Shown: in pieces, positions 39,480 to 54,112 of the stretch | Layout: each line of letters opens with the position of its first letter | How positions within the stretch are numbered: the stretch's first letter is position 1 | Assembly (NCBI GenBank): GCA_964247055.1 | Contig: OZ176060.1 | Location: forward strand, 868,001-932,000 | DNA from: Paragordius varius | Taxonomy: Eukaryota; Animalia; Nematomorpha | Direction: 5' to 3' | DNA length: 64,000 nt | The notes under the pieces: model-generated | What the model was told of the DNA's origin: nothing | Databases searched by the model: none | What the model saw: only the letters and a program-made list of their open reading frames with translations | Position numbers and translations under genes: made by a program

Positions 39480-41170
39480 ATTTTTATAAAATATATAAAT
39501 ATTATAAGTTTTAATAATTAATTTTAATGAGTTTATGAACATATGATTATGTGTATGTATGTATGCCATTAATAAATAATATTTATTAATTTATTTGCTC
39601 TAATAATTTTTTATTAAAAAAATTGAAATATTATTTTGAAATTTTTATATAATTTTCAGAAAATATATATATTTATATAATTTTGTTTTAAAAATAAATA
39701 ATTTTATGTAAAAATATATTTCTTATATTATTTTTTATTTAAAAAAATATTATTTAATTTTGAAATTTTTAAATAATTATTTTTTTATCTAAAAAAAATA
39801 TATATATTTAATAATTTTGTTTTAAAACTATTTTTTAACATTAAAAAATAAATTAAAAATAATTTAATTAAATTAAATATATAAAAATAAAGGCTTTAAT
39901 TTTATTTTTTTATTTATAATGTGAATAATTTGAATAAATAAGAATTTTAATTTAATTTATTAGATAATTATAACAACAAATAATTTATTTTATAAAAAAT
40001 ATTTATTTTTTTTTAATTTTTATTTTTTTATTTAAAATTTGAATAATTTGAATAATAATTAAGAATTTTATATTTAATTTTTTAGATATATTATAACAAC
40101 AAATAATTTATGTTATAAAAAATATTTATTTTTTTTAATTTTTAATATTTTTATTTAAAATGTGAATAATTTGAATAATAATAATTTAATATTTTTAATT
40201 TTATAGATATATTATAACAACAAATAATTTATGTTATAAAAAATATTTTTTTTTAATTTTAATTTTTTTATCTAAAATGTGAATAATTTGAATAAATAAG
40301 AATTTTATATTTAATTTTTTAGATATATAACAACAAATAATTTATGTTATAAAAAATATTTTTTTTTTTAATTTTAATTTTTTAATTTAAAAAGTGAATA
40401 TTTTGAATAAATAAGAATTTTATATATAATTTTCTAGATATAATATTATAAAAAATAATTTATTTTATAAAAATATTTATTTTTAAATTTTAATTTTTTA
40501 TTTAAAAAGTGAATAATTTGAATAAATAAGAATTTTATATTTAATTTTATAGAAATATTTTATAACAACAAATAATTTATGTTATAAAAAATTTTTTTAA
40601 TTTTTTTAATTTTAATTTTTTTATTTAAAATGTGAATAATTTGAATAATAAATAAGAATTTTATATTTAATTTTATAGATATATATTATAACAACAAATA
40701 ATTTATATTATAAAAAATATTTATTTTTTTTTAATTTTAATTTTTTATTTAAAATGTGAATAATTTGAATAATAAATAAGAATTTTATATTTAATTTTAT
40801 AGATATATTTTATAACAACAAATAATTTATATTATAAAAAATATTTTTATTTTTTATAATTTTAATTTTTTATTAAAAATTTGAATAATTTGAATAAATA
40901 AAAATTTTATATTTAATTTTATAGATATATATTATAACAACAAATTTATGTTATAAAAAATATTTATTTTTTTTTAATTTTAATTTTTTTATTTAAAATT
41001 TGAATAATTTGAATAAATAAGAATTTTATATTTAATTTTATAGATATATATTATAACAATAAATAATTTATGTTATAAAAAATAATTATTTTTTCAATTT
41101 TAATTTTTTTATTTAAAATATGAATAATTTGAATAAATAAGAATTTTATATTTAATTTTCTAGATATAAT
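39480..41170 (+). repeat. Family E (39480-39890) and family F ~120-bp repeat x~11 (39890-41170)
   Basis: Same units as 33560-35760, with different copy numbers. Confidence 0.88.
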
Positions 41171-41561
41171 TTATTAAAAAATTTTTTATTAAAATTTATT
41201 TTTTAAAAATTTCAATCTTTGAGAAATCATATAAGATTTTTATTATTTTTTTATTATTTTTAATATTTATAATATTGTAACACGAAATTAAAAAATAAAG
41301 TTTTATAAGTTATTATATATTTTTTTTTAAAAAACATTTTAAAAATAATAGTTTGAAACAAAAAGTGGTTTTTTAATAAAAAAATTTATTTTTAAATGAA
41401 TAAAAATATAATAAATAAAAATAAAAAATAAATAAATAAAAAATGCAAAAATTATGATTAAATCAAAATTTATAAATTTTAAGGACCAACTTAAACTGTT
41501 CAAGAACATACTTGGAGTGCAAATGGTATATATAAATTTATTTATTAAAATTTTTTTTAAA

Positions 41562-41566
<5 letters not shown>

Positions 41567-41618
<52 letters not shown>
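41567..41618. repeat. (AT)26 microsatellite
   Basis: Uninterrupted AT dinucleotide run. Confidence 0.95.
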
Positions 41619-41621
<3 letters not shown>

Positions 41622-41971
41622 TATATATAAAGCTTATTATTTTAGAGTTTTTTAAATTCTACAGAAAGAAATCATTGAAACAATCAGTTTATTTATATAT
41701 AATAATAATATATTTTGAAAATATTTACTGTTTTAAAAGCTTTTTTTTATAAAAATGAATTTTTTAACCACAAAATTTATAGATTATGCTAAATTATTAT
41801 AAAAATCAAATTTTATTAAAAATTTTATTACTTAGAAAATTTTGGTCTTAATTTATCTTTCGGGGTAATTTTTTACCCCAGAGAACTCAATATTAAATAT
41901 TTTTATATATATTTAAAATTTATTTATATATATATATATATTTATTTATTTAGAAAACGCTTATATTTTTA

Positions 41972-42800
41972 CAGTTTTTTTTAAATTCTACAGAAAAAAA
42001 AATCATTGAAATAATCAGTTTATTTAAAGAATATAATAATAAATTTTAAAAATATTTATAATGTTAAAATCAAAAATTTATATATACCATTTACAGTTTA
42101 AATTTACCCCCTTAAATAATTCAAATTCACCCTATAAAGACAATTATATGTTTTTTAATCATAAAAATTCCAAATATTTGAATATATATTTGATAAAAAA
42201 TATAAATACTTTGTTTTAAATTAAAATAATATTGAATAAAATAATTAATTATGCCATAAAAATATATATTATATTAATAATAAGTATTTATTCAAAAATA
42301 CATAATTTATTTTTAGGGTGAATTTGAATTGTTTAAAGGTGAATTTGAATTGTTCAAGGGTGAATTATAAAATATTGGTAAAATATAAGTAATTTTTAAT
42401 TTTAAAGGAAATTTTATTTTTAAAAATATATATTAAAATATAGGTAATTTTTAATAATTTTAAACGATATTTTATTTTTTAAAAATATATATTAAAATAA
42501 GGTAATTTTTAATAATTTTAAACGAAATTTTATTTTTTAAAAATATATATTAAAATATAGGTAATTTTTAATAATTTTAAACGAAATTTTATTTTTGAAA
42601 AATATACATATTAAATATAGGTTGGTAGTTTTCAATTTTAAAATCAATAAATTTGTTTTAGGATGAATTTGAATTAATTTTAAATTGTTTAAAGGTGAAT
42701 TTATTTAAATTTTATTCATTTAAAAATTAATTATTATAAACGAATTTAAAAAAAAATAAAAAAAGTTTAAAATGATGATTTTTTACATTTTTTACACGTT
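41972..42800. mobile_element. Old, degenerate relative of the C-MITE
   Basis: TA|CAGTTTTTTTTAAATTCTACAGAAAAAA at 41970; ATATATACCATTTACAG...TTCAAATTCACCCT (~42080-42135); AGGGTGAATTTGAATTGTT repeats (~42315-42365); TTAAAATATAGGTAATTTTT repeats. Right end not clearly recognisable. Confidence 0.55.
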
Positions 42801-43118
42801 ATTTAAGAAAATATAAATATTTTTATTTTATACTTTAAATTTTACTTTATATTTTAAGTTTTATTTTAAAGTTTGACAAAAAATTACTTGTTATAATTGA
42901 AAATTCATATTATAAATTTATATAATTTTAGGTGAATTATAATTTTTAAGAAAAAATTAAAATTCTTCTAAAATAAATACTAAAAAATTGTTTAAATTTA
43001 GACTGATTAATATCTTGAAAACATACTTTTTAAGATATTTTAATTATAAATTTATATGAATATAAAAATAAAAGACTTATTTAATTTTAAGTTAAAATCT
43101 TATATTATATTTGAAATA

Positions 43119-43126
43119 TAATAATA

Positions 43127-43157
<31 letters not shown>

Positions 43158-43158
43158 T
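43119..43158. repeat. (AAT)n microsatellite
   Basis: Run of AAT with one G interruption. Confidence 0.85.
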
Positions 43159-43529
43159 TATTTAAATTTGTATTATTATTTATTCAATAAAAAAATCGTC
43201 TCTATATTTTTAGACTTTAAGGGTCTATAATAATCAGAACAGCTCTAAGAAAGATTTAAAAAAATTCTAATTTTTCTATTTTTTGATAAATAAAAAATGC
43301 CTTTTAAATGATATTTTTAAAATTTTAACATTCAGATAATATTAAACCTATTTAAAAACTGATAATAAAATATTTAAAAAAATGTTGTTTTAAATGGTAT
43401 TTTTTAAATTTTAAATGGTATTTTTTATTAATCAATCAGATTAAAAAACATAAAATACACATTATTTGCCTCTTTTAGTATCAAAAAATTACAAAAAGAT
43501 GGCATATTATTATAAAAATTTTACGTATT

Positions 43530-44100
43530 CGACGTATTATTAATGCAATATTTTCTTTTTTATAGCTTTTTTAAAAACTAAATTAATTTTTATATAATAC
43601 ACAAATCATAAGTTTTTCAAAATTTTTTTAGAAATTCTTGATTATAATTGTTGAAATTTAAAAAAGATTTAAAATATAAAATTATAAAAATCATACGCGT
43701 TTTCAAAATGTTTTAAGAAAATCTTGATTATAATTGTTGGAATTTTTAAAAAAATGATTTAAAATATAAAACATACCTTTAAAAGTTTAGTTTTTTTTAT
43801 AGTTGTTTTAAAAAACTAAATGAATTTTTAATATAAAACTAAAAAAATCATACGTTTTTAAAATGTTTTAAGAAAATCTTAATTATAATTGTTGGAATTT
43901 TTTTTTTAAAAAAAAATTAAAAATATAAAAAACATACCTTTAAGTTTAGTTTAAGAAGCTTGTTAGTATTTGATTATTGAAAACTTTTTTTCAAGAACTA
44001 AAAATATTAAAATTTAAAAAAAAATTTGTTTGAATTTTTTTTCAATGTAATTTGCTTTTCGCTTCTTTAGAGAAAACCAATGAAAGAAAATAAAAACTCA
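43530..44100 (+). repeat. Family H block 2, leading into family A
   Basis: Homologous to 28700-29460, with three core units. Confidence 0.82.
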
Positions 44101-47100
44101 AGAAAATTAAATAAATTCTTGTTAAATTAATCTTTTCTTTTAAAAAGGTTTTTTTGATTGATGAAAATTACCAAATAATAGCTAATATGAAATCTCATAA
44201 ATTTTCAAAAATATTTATTCCATCTTTTAAATTTAAAAGAAGAAATATCTAAAATAAAGAGGTCTCTAAAAACTAAAATCATTTTTTGTTAAATTAATAA
44301 ATAATTTCTTTTAAATCAATAATTTTTTTTAAAAATTCAAAAATAATCTTTATAATAGTTAATAAAAAATTTTTTTTATTGGAAAATTTCCAAATAATAG
44401 ATATTTTACAAAATTTTTAAAATAAATTCCATCTTTAAGAAGAATTATTTATAAAACTCAAAAATTAATCATTTTTTGTTGAATAAATAAATTTTTCTTT
44501 AAAAATGCTTTTAAATGCAAAATGTTACAATTTATTTATAAAAAGGTTTTTTTGATTGATGAAAATTACTAAATAATAGTTAATATGAAATCTCATAATT
44601 TTTAAAAATATTTATTCCATCTTTTAAATTTAAAAGAAGAATTATTTAAAACTAATAAGTTTTTAAAAACTAAAATCAATTCTTGTTAAATGAATTAATT
44701 TTTCTTTTAAAATGCCTTTTTAAATGAAAAACGTTTAAATTTATTTATAAAACTCGAAAATAAAAAAGTTTTTTAAATGAAAATTACTAAATAGCTAATA
44801 TGAAATTATATATACTTTCAAAAATATTTATTTCTTTTAAATGTAAGAAGAATTATCTAAAACAAGAGATCTCAAAAATCATTTTTTGTTAAATTCTTGT
44901 TAAATCAATAAATTTTTTTAAATAATCCAAAAATAATCTTTATAATAGTTAATAAAAGGTTTTTTTTATTAAAAAAAAGGTTTTTTTAATTGGAAAATTA
45001 CCAAATAATAGCTAATATGAAATCTTTCAAAATTCAAAAATATTCCATCTTTTAAAAAATCTAAGAAGAATTATCTAAAACAAAGAGTTTTCAAAAACTA
45101 AAATCATTTCTTGTTAAATGAATAATTTTTTTTAAAAAAATTCAAATATAATCTTTATAATAGTTAATAAAAAGGTTTTTTTCGATTGATAAAAATTACA
45201 CCAAATAATATCTAATATGAAATCTCATAATTTTCAAAAATAAAATCCATCTTTTAAATTTAAAAGAAGAATTATTTAAAACAAAAAACTCTAGAAAATT
45301 AAAATCATTTCTTGTTGAATAAATAAATTTTTTTTAAAAAAATCCAAAAATAATCTTTATAATAGTTAATAAAAGGATTTTTTTTGATTGATGATGATGA
45401 AAATTACCAAATAATAGATATTTTACAAAAATTTCAAAAATAAATTCCATCCTTTAAATCAAAACGTTTTAATTTATAAAAAAAAGGTTTTTTTTTTTAG
45501 ATTAATGAAAATTACCAAATAATAGCAAATATGAAATCTCATAAATTTCAAAAATATTCATTCCATCTTTTAAATTTAAAAGAAGAATTATCTAAAACAA
45601 AGAGATCTTCAAAAATTAAAATCATTTCTTGTTGAATTAATAAATTTTTCATTTAAAAATGCTTTTTTAAATAACGTTTTAATTTTTAAATAAAAAGTTT
45701 TTTTAGATTGATGAAAATTACCAAATAATAGTTAATATGAAATCTCACAAATTTTCAAAAATATTCCATCTTTTAATAAATCTAAGAAGAATTATTTATA
45801 AAAGTCGAAAATTAAAATCATTTCTTGTTAAATGAATAAATTTTTTAAAAAAATCCAATAATAATTATCTAAACAAAAAAATAAAAAGTTTTTTTGACTG
45901 GAAAATTACCAAATAATAGATATTAAAAATTTCAAAATAAATTCCATCTTTTAAATCTAAGAAGAATTATTTATAAAACTCGAAAATAAAAAGGTTTTTT
46001 TGAATGATGAAAATTACCAAATAATAGCTAATAAAATTTTATAAACTTTCAAAAAATATTAAGTCTATCTTTTAAATTTAAAAGAAGAATTATTTAAAAC
46101 AACTCTAGAAAATTTTAATTCTTGTTTAATGAATAAATTTTTCTTTTAAATAAATAAATTTTTATTTTAAAAAAAACCAAAAATAAAAAAGTTTCAATTT
46201 ATTAATAAAAAAGTTTTTTTGATTGATGACTACCAAATAATAGCTAATATGAAATCTTACAATTTTCAAAAATATTTATTCCATCTTTTAAAAGAATTAT
46301 TAATAAAACTCAAAAATAAAATTTTTATTAATTGGAAAATTACCAAATAATAGTTAATATGAAATTTCACAAATTTTCAAAAATATTTATTCCATCTGTT
46401 AAATTTAAAAGAAGAAATATTTAAAACTAAAAGAAACTTAATTAAAATCAATTCTTGTTAAATTAATAAATTTTTTTAAAAAAATCCAAAAATAATCTTT
46501 ATAATAGTTAATAAAAGGTTTTTTTTTGATTAGAAAATTACCAAATAATAGCTAATATGAAATTTCATAAACTTTCAAAAATATTTATTCCATCTGTTAA
46601 ATTTAAAAGAAGAAATATTTAAAACTAAAAGAAAATTAATTAAAATCAATTCTTGTTAAATTAATAAATTTTTTTAAAAAAATCCAAAAATAATCTTTAT
46701 AATAGTTAATAAAAGGTTTTTTTTTGATTAGAAAATTACCAAATAATAGCTAATATGAAATTTGAATAAACTTTTAAAAAATAAATTCCATCTTTTAAAT
46801 TTAAAAGAAGAATTATCTAAAACAAAGAGATTTTTAAAACTAAAATCATTTCTTGTTAAATTAATAAATGAATAAATATCTTTTAAAAAAGGTTTTTTTG
46901 ATTGATGAAAATTTCCAAAAAATAAATTCCATCTTTAAGAAAAATTATTTATAAAACTCTTAATAAAAAAGTTTTTTTGAATGGAAAATTACCAAAAAAT
47001 AGACTAAAACCTCACAAATTTTAAAAATAAATTCTATCTTTAAGAAGAATTATTTATAAAACTCGAAAATAAAAAATTTTTTTTGATTGTTGAAAATTAC

Positions 47101-47365
47101 CAAAAAATAGATATTTTACAAAATTTTTAAAAAAAATTCCATCTTTAAGAAGAATTATTTATAAAACTCGAAAATTAAAATCATTTCTTGTTAAATAAAT
47201 AAATTTTCTTTTAAGATTTTTTTTTAAATGCAAAACTTTTGATTTATTAATAAAAAGGTTTTTTTTGAAGAAAAATTACCAAATATTAGATATTTTATAA
47301 ACTTTAAAAAATATTTATTCCATCTTATAAATTTAAAAGAAAAATTATTTAAAACAAAGAGTTTT
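44100..47365 (+). repeat. Satellite family A, block 7
   Basis: A modules. Includes a near-perfect 198-bp tandem duplication (diagnostic CCATCTGTT at 46392 and 46590). Confidence 0.93.
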
Positions 47366-47730
47366 TTTAATCATAAAAATTCCTGTGGCTTCCTTGCTCG
47401 AGTGAAGGCGAAAAATAAAAATTTCAAGTAAAAACTCGAAAAAAATAAGTAAAAGGAAATAATTTAGAAATTGAAATTGATAATAAAAATAATATTATTC
47501 TCTAGAACAACACACTTTTTTCTTTATAAATTTCTCTTTTACTTAAAAGCTTCTTAATATTATAGCGAGTATATACTACATTACTCAAGTTAAAGTAAGG
47601 TTTTAAATCTAAAATATTTTTATGGCGTTCTTACTAGAGTTAGAACGAGATATAGTAATTTCAAGTAAAAACTCGAAAAAAACAAGTAAAAGGAAATAAT
47701 CTAAAAATTGAAATTGTTGATAATAAAATA

Positions 47731-48570
47731 CAGTAAAAAATTAAATTCTACGAAAAAAAACGTAAAAATATAAAAACAAATATTTTATCTAAAAGACAAC
47801 CATACTTTAAAAATATTTTTTTTTATATATATATACCATTTACAGTTATTCACCCTTGAACAATTCAAATTCACCCTTGAACAATTCAAATTTACCCTAA
47901 AAAAAGAAATTATGTGTTTTAGAAACAAATATAACTTATTAATTTTATATAAAATATATCTTTATGGCGCATAGTTTATTATTTTTATTTAATACAAAAT
48001 TTTTATTTATAAATATATATTAAAATATAGGTTATTTTTTATCTTAAAAAACCCTATATTTTATATTTATGGGTGAATTTGAATTGTTTAAGGGTGAATT
48101 TTAATTGTAATGGTATATAAATCAAGTATATAGAAATTTTTATTTATAAAAATATATATTAAAATATAGGTATTTTTTTATCTTAAAAAACATATATTTT
48201 ATTTGAGGGTGAATTTGAATTATCCAAGGGTGAATTTGAATTCTAATGGTATATAAAAAATTTTTTACATTTTTATTTATAAAATATATATTAAAATATA
48301 GATAATTTTTATCTTTAAAAATTACCTTTATTTTATTTGAGGATGAATTTGAATTGTCCAAGGGTGAATTTGAATTCTATTGGTATATAACTCATTGTTT
48401 TAAAAACTATAAAATATTATATAGAAATTTTTATTGGTAAATCAATCAAGTATGTATTTTTACGTTTTAATCAAATTTTTTATATGAGAAATTAAGGTTT
48501 TAAAAGTATGGTTTTTTGAAAAATAAATATATTTTTACATTTTGTCCGTATAAATTCACAGTTTTCACTG
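47731..48570. mobile_element. C-MITE, 840 bp
   Basis: TA|CAGT ... TTTTCACTG|TA. Confidence 0.8.
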
Positions 48571-50261
48571 TATTGGTTCTCTAAAACTAAACACTTTTTT
48601 TCTTGATAAATCTCTATAGATAGAAATTTCAAATTAAAAACTCGAAAATAAAAAATAAATAAGAAACAATTTAGAAATTAAAATTGATAATATATATAAT
48701 ATTATTCTCTAAATAAACACTTTTTTTGATAAAATCTCTTTTAGTAAAAGCTTATTAATATTAAAGCGAGTATATACTACATTACTCAAGATTTTAAAAG
48801 CAAGGTTTTTTAATCTAATAGAATTTCAAATAAAAAACTCCAAAAAATAAGTAAAAGGAAACAATTTAGAAATTGAAATGATAATAAAAATATTATTATT
48901 CTTTAAAACAACATATTTTTTTTTATAAATTTTCTTTTACTTAAAAGCTTCTTAATATTACAGCGAGTATATACTTAATTACTCAAGTATTTTAAACTAA
49001 AAAACTCGATAAAAAAGAAGTAAAAGGAAATAATCTAATTAAAATTAATAATAATAATAATATTATTCTTTAAAATATAGACTTTTTTTAAAATAAATCT
49101 ATTTAGAAGCTAATCATTACAGCGAGTATTAATTATAAAGTATTTGAAAAGCAAGGTTTTTATAATCTAAAATATTCCTTGTTCGAGTTAGATCGAGAAA
49201 TAAAAATTTCAAGTAAAAACTCAAAAATAAAAAAATAATCTAATTCGAAATTCATAATATTTTTATTCTCTAAAACAAAACACTTTTTTTTGATAAATCT
49301 CTTTTACTTAAAAGCTTTATAATATTACAGCGAGTATATACTAAATTACTCAAGTATTTTAAGACAAAAATACGAAAAAAAGTAGTAAAAGGAAATAATC
49401 TAATTAAAATTGAGAAAAAAAATAATAATAAAATCTATGTTTCAGCGAGTATATACTTATTACTCAAGTATTTTAAAGGCAAGGTTTTTTGAATTTCAAT
49501 TATTCGTGTGGCTTTCTGCACGAGTTAAAACGAGAAATAAAAATTTCAAGTAAAAACTCGAATAAAATAAGTAAAAGGAAACAATCTCGAAAAATTGTTA
49601 ATTCTAATAATAATATTTATGAAATAAACACTTTTTTTAATAAATCTCTTTTAAAAGCTTTCAAACAGCGAGTATATACTTAAATACTCAAGTAAGAGCA
49701 AGGTTTTTTTCAATTCTTGTGTCTTTCTTGCTCGAGTGAGGGTGGAAAATAGAATTTAAATAAAAACTCGAAAATAAGTAAAAGGAAATAAAAGGAAACA
49801 ATCTAATTGAAATTGATAATGATAATATTATTATTATTCTTTAAATAAAGATTTTTTTTATAAATTTTCTTTTACTTAAAAGCTTCTTAATATTAAAGCG
49901 AGTATAAACTTAATTACTCAAGTAAAAGCAAAGTTTTTTGAATCTCAATTATTACTGTGGATATTCTTTGAAATTCCAAAAGAAAAACTTTTAAAATTAC
50001 AAAAGTAAAATGAAATAATCTAAAAATTGAAAATAAATATAATATTAATGTCTGAAATAACATTTTTTTTATAAATCTCTTTTACTTAAAAGCTTCTTAA
50101 TATTACAGCGAGTATATACTACATTACTCAAGTATTTTAAGACAAAAAGAAAAAGGTTTTTTGAATCTAAAATATTCCTGTGGAATCCCTTTGAAATTCA
50201 AATGAAAACTCGAAAAAAATAAGTAAAAGGAAACAATTTAGAAATTGAAATTGATAATATA

Positions 50262-50970
50262 CGGTAAAAATTTAAATTCTACGGAAAAAACGTAAAAATA
50301 TAAAGACAAATATTTTAATCTAAAATACAACCATACTTTTAAAACTTTTATTTATATATATATATACCATTTACAGTTCAAATTCACCCTTGAACAATTC
50401 AAATTTTACCCTAAAAAGAATTTAAAATTTACCCTAAAAAGAAATTATGTGTTTTAGAAACAAATATAACTTAATAATTTTATATGAAATATATCTGTAT
50501 GGCATAGTTTATTATTTTTTCAGTATAAAACAAAATTTTTATTTATAAAAATATTTTAAAATATAGGTAATTTTTTATCTTAAAAAACATATATATTTGA
50601 TTAGAGGGTAAATATGAATTGTTCAAGGGTAAATTTGAATTCTAATGATATATAAAATTTTTTCAGTATTAAAAATTTTTATTTTTAAAAATATATTAAA
50701 ATATAGGTAATTTTTTAATCTTAAAAAACATATTTTTTATATTTGAGGGTGAATTTGAATTGTTCAAGGGTAAATTTGAATTTAAGGGTGAATTTGAATT
50801 GTAATGGTATATAAATATAAGTATATAGAAATTTTTATTGGTAAATCAATCAAATATATATTTTTACATTGTAATCAAATTTTTATAGGAAAAATTTAAA
50901 AAGTATGGTTGTTTTTTGAAAAAAAAATATATTTTTACATTTTGTCCGTATAAATTCACAGTTTTTACTG
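50262..50970. mobile_element. C-MITE, 709 bp
   Basis: TA|CGGTAAAAATTTAAATTCTACGG ... GTTTTTACTG|TA. Confidence 0.8.
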
Positions 50971-53771
50971 TATTGGTTCTCTAAAACAAAAGACTTTTTT
51001 TCTTGATAAATATCTTTAGATAAAATTTTAAATTATAAAACTTAAAAAAAACTTTCAAAATAAAAAAAATAAAAGGAAATCTAAAAATTTAAATTGTTAA
51101 TTATAATAAAATATTATTCTCTAAAATAAAACACTTTTTTTCTTGATAAATCTCTATAGATAGAAATTTCAAGTAAAAACTCGAAAAAATTGAGTAAAAG
51201 GAAATAATCTAGAAATTGAAATTGTAAATTTTAATAATAATAATTTATTCTATAAAATAAACACTTTATTCTGGATAAATCTCTTTTACTTAAAAGCTTC
51301 TTAATATTACAGCGAGTATATATACATTACTCAAGTATTTTAAGACAAAAACTCGAAAAAAACAAGTAAAAGGAAACAATTTAGAAATTGAAATTGATAA
51401 TAAAAATAATATTATTCTCTAAGATTAAACACTTTTTTTTAATTAATCTCTTTTACTTAAAAGCTTATCAATATTAAAGCGAGTATATACTACATTACTC
51501 AAGTATTTTAAGAGAAAAATAAAAAAAAGAAGTAAAAGGAAATATAAAAATTGAAATGTTGATAAAAATAATATTATTCTTTAAAATAAAGTTTTTTTTT
51601 ATAAATTTTCTTTTACTTAAAAGCTTCTTAATATTACAGCGAGTATTTACTACATTACTCAAGTATTTTAAAAGCAAACTTTTATTCTAATAGAATTTCA
51701 AATAAAAAACTCGTAAAAAATAAAAAAAGGAAACAATCTAATTAAAATTGAAATTTATATAATAATATAATATTATTCTCTAAAACAAAATACTTTTTTC
51801 TTGATAAATGTCTATAGATAGAAATTTCAAATTATAAAACTCGAAAAAAATAAGTAAAAGGAAACAATCTAGAAATTGAAATTGATAATAAAAATAATAT
51901 TATTCTCTAAAACAAAATACTTTTTTCTGGATAAATCTCGTTTTTACTTAAAAGCTTCTTAATATTACAGCGAGTATATACTACATTACTCAAGTTTTTT
52001 TAAAAAAAAAGATAAGTTTTTTAACTCTAAATATTTATCTGGCTACCTTGCTCGAGTTAGAACGAGAAATGAAAATTTCAAATAAAAACTTGAAATAAAA
52101 AAGTAAAAGGAAATAATATATAAATTTAATATGTAAATTTTAATAAAAATAATATTATTATTCTCTGAAATAATCACTTTTTTCTTTATAAATCCCTTTT
52201 ACTTAGAAGCTTTTTAATATTACAGCGAGTATATACTACATTACTCAAGTATTTTATAAAAAAAAGATAGTTTTTTTAATCTAAAATATTTCTGTGAATT
52301 CTTTTCAAAATTCCAAATGAAAACTAAAATAAATAAATAAGTAAAAGGAATCAATCTAGAAATTGAAATTGATAATTAAAATAATATTATTCTTTAAAAT
52401 AAAAACTATTTCTTGATAAATCTCTGTAGATGGAAATTTTAAATGAAAACTCGAAAATATAAGTAAAAGGAAACAATCTAATTAAAATCGTTAATTTTAG
52501 TATTATTCTTTAAAATAAACACTTTTTTATAATAAATTTCTTTTACTCAAAAGCTTCTTTATATTACAGCGAGTATATACTTAATTACTCAAAAAAGCAA
52601 CATTTTTAATCTAAAATATTCCTGTGGTTTCTTTGCTTGAGTTAGAACGAGAAACGAAAATTTAAATATAAAACTCGAAAAAAATAAGTAAAAGGAAACA
52701 ATCTAGAAATTGAAATTGTTAATTATAATAATAATAATAATATTTGTTCTCTGAAACAAAAACTTTTTTTCTTAATAAATCTCTTTTACTTAAAAGCCTA
52801 ACAATATTACAGCGAGTATATACTACATTACTCAAGTATTTTAAAAACAAAGACTTTTATTCTAATAAAAATTTCTAATATAAAACTCAAAAAAAGTAAA
52901 AGAAAACAATCTAATTAAAATTGATAATAATATTATTCTTTAAAATAGGAACTTTTTTTTTATAAACTCTTTTACTTAAAAGCTTATTAATAAGCGATTA
53001 TATACTTCATTACTCAAGTATTGAAAAAGCAAGGTTTTTTGTATTTAAAATATTTCTGTGGATTCCTTGTTTGAGTGAGAGCGAGAAATAGTAATTTCAA
53101 GTAAAAACTCGAAAAAAATAAGTAAAAGGAAACAATCTTAAAATTGAAATTGTTGATAAAAAATATAATATTATTATCTAGAACAAAACACTTTTTTCTT
53201 AATAAATCTCTTTTACTTAATAGCTTCTTAATATTACAGCGAGTATATACTACATTACTCAAGATTTTTTTAAAAAAAGATAGGTTTTTTAATCTAAAAT
53301 ATTCCTTTCCAAAAGAAAATCTTTTAAAATCAAAAAGTAAAAGGAAATAATCTAGAAAGTGAAACAATCTAATTAAAATTAATAATAATTATATATATAT
53401 TCTATAAAATAAAGACTTTTTCTAAATAAATCTATCTTTTTTAAGGCTAATTATTACAACGAGTATATACTACATTACTCAAATATTTTAAGAGAAAGAA
53501 AGAAATAGGTATTTAATCTAAAATATTCCTGTGGCTTCCTTGTTAGAGTAAGAAACGATAAATGAAAATTTTAAGTAAAAACTTGAAAAAAATAAGTAAA
53601 AGGAAATAATCTAGAAATTAAAATATTATTATAAATATAATATTATTCTTTAAAACAAAACACTTTTTTTAAAAAATCTCTTTTACTCAAAAGCTTATTT
53701 ATATTACAGCGAGTATATACTTAATTACTATAGATTTTAAAAGCAAGGTTTTTTAATATTTCAAACTATTT

Positions 53772-54112
53772 AAAACCCCTTGAACAATTTAAATTCACCC
53801 CTAACAATTTAAATCACCTTCAAATAATTTTAATTCACCTTAAATAAATTCACATTCATCCTTAAACAATTTAAATTCATCCTTGAACAATTCAAATTTA
53901 CTCTTGAATATTTCAAATTCACCCTTGAACAATTCAAATACACCCTCGAACAATATAAAAATACATTAAAAGAAATTCAAAAATAAAATTACCTGTAAAA
54001 TATTTATAATACTGAAAAAATAATAAACTATGCCATATGAATATGATGAGTTATATTAACCCCAAAACACATAATTTATTTTTAGGGTGAATTTGAATTG
54101 TAAATGGTATAT
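53772..54112. repeat. C-MITE internal fragment in inverted orientation with expanded 21-bp sub-repeat
   Basis: About nine degenerate CCCTTGAACAATTCAAATTCA units, then AATAAACTATGCCATA...CACATAATTTATTTTTAGGGTGAATTTGAATTGTAAATGGTAT (reverse complement of the usual left arm/centre). Confidence 0.7.

Noticed and set aside
43200-43530. Possible coding remnant in the less repetitive stretch
   Set aside because: Only short open frames, with no recognisable motif on either strand.
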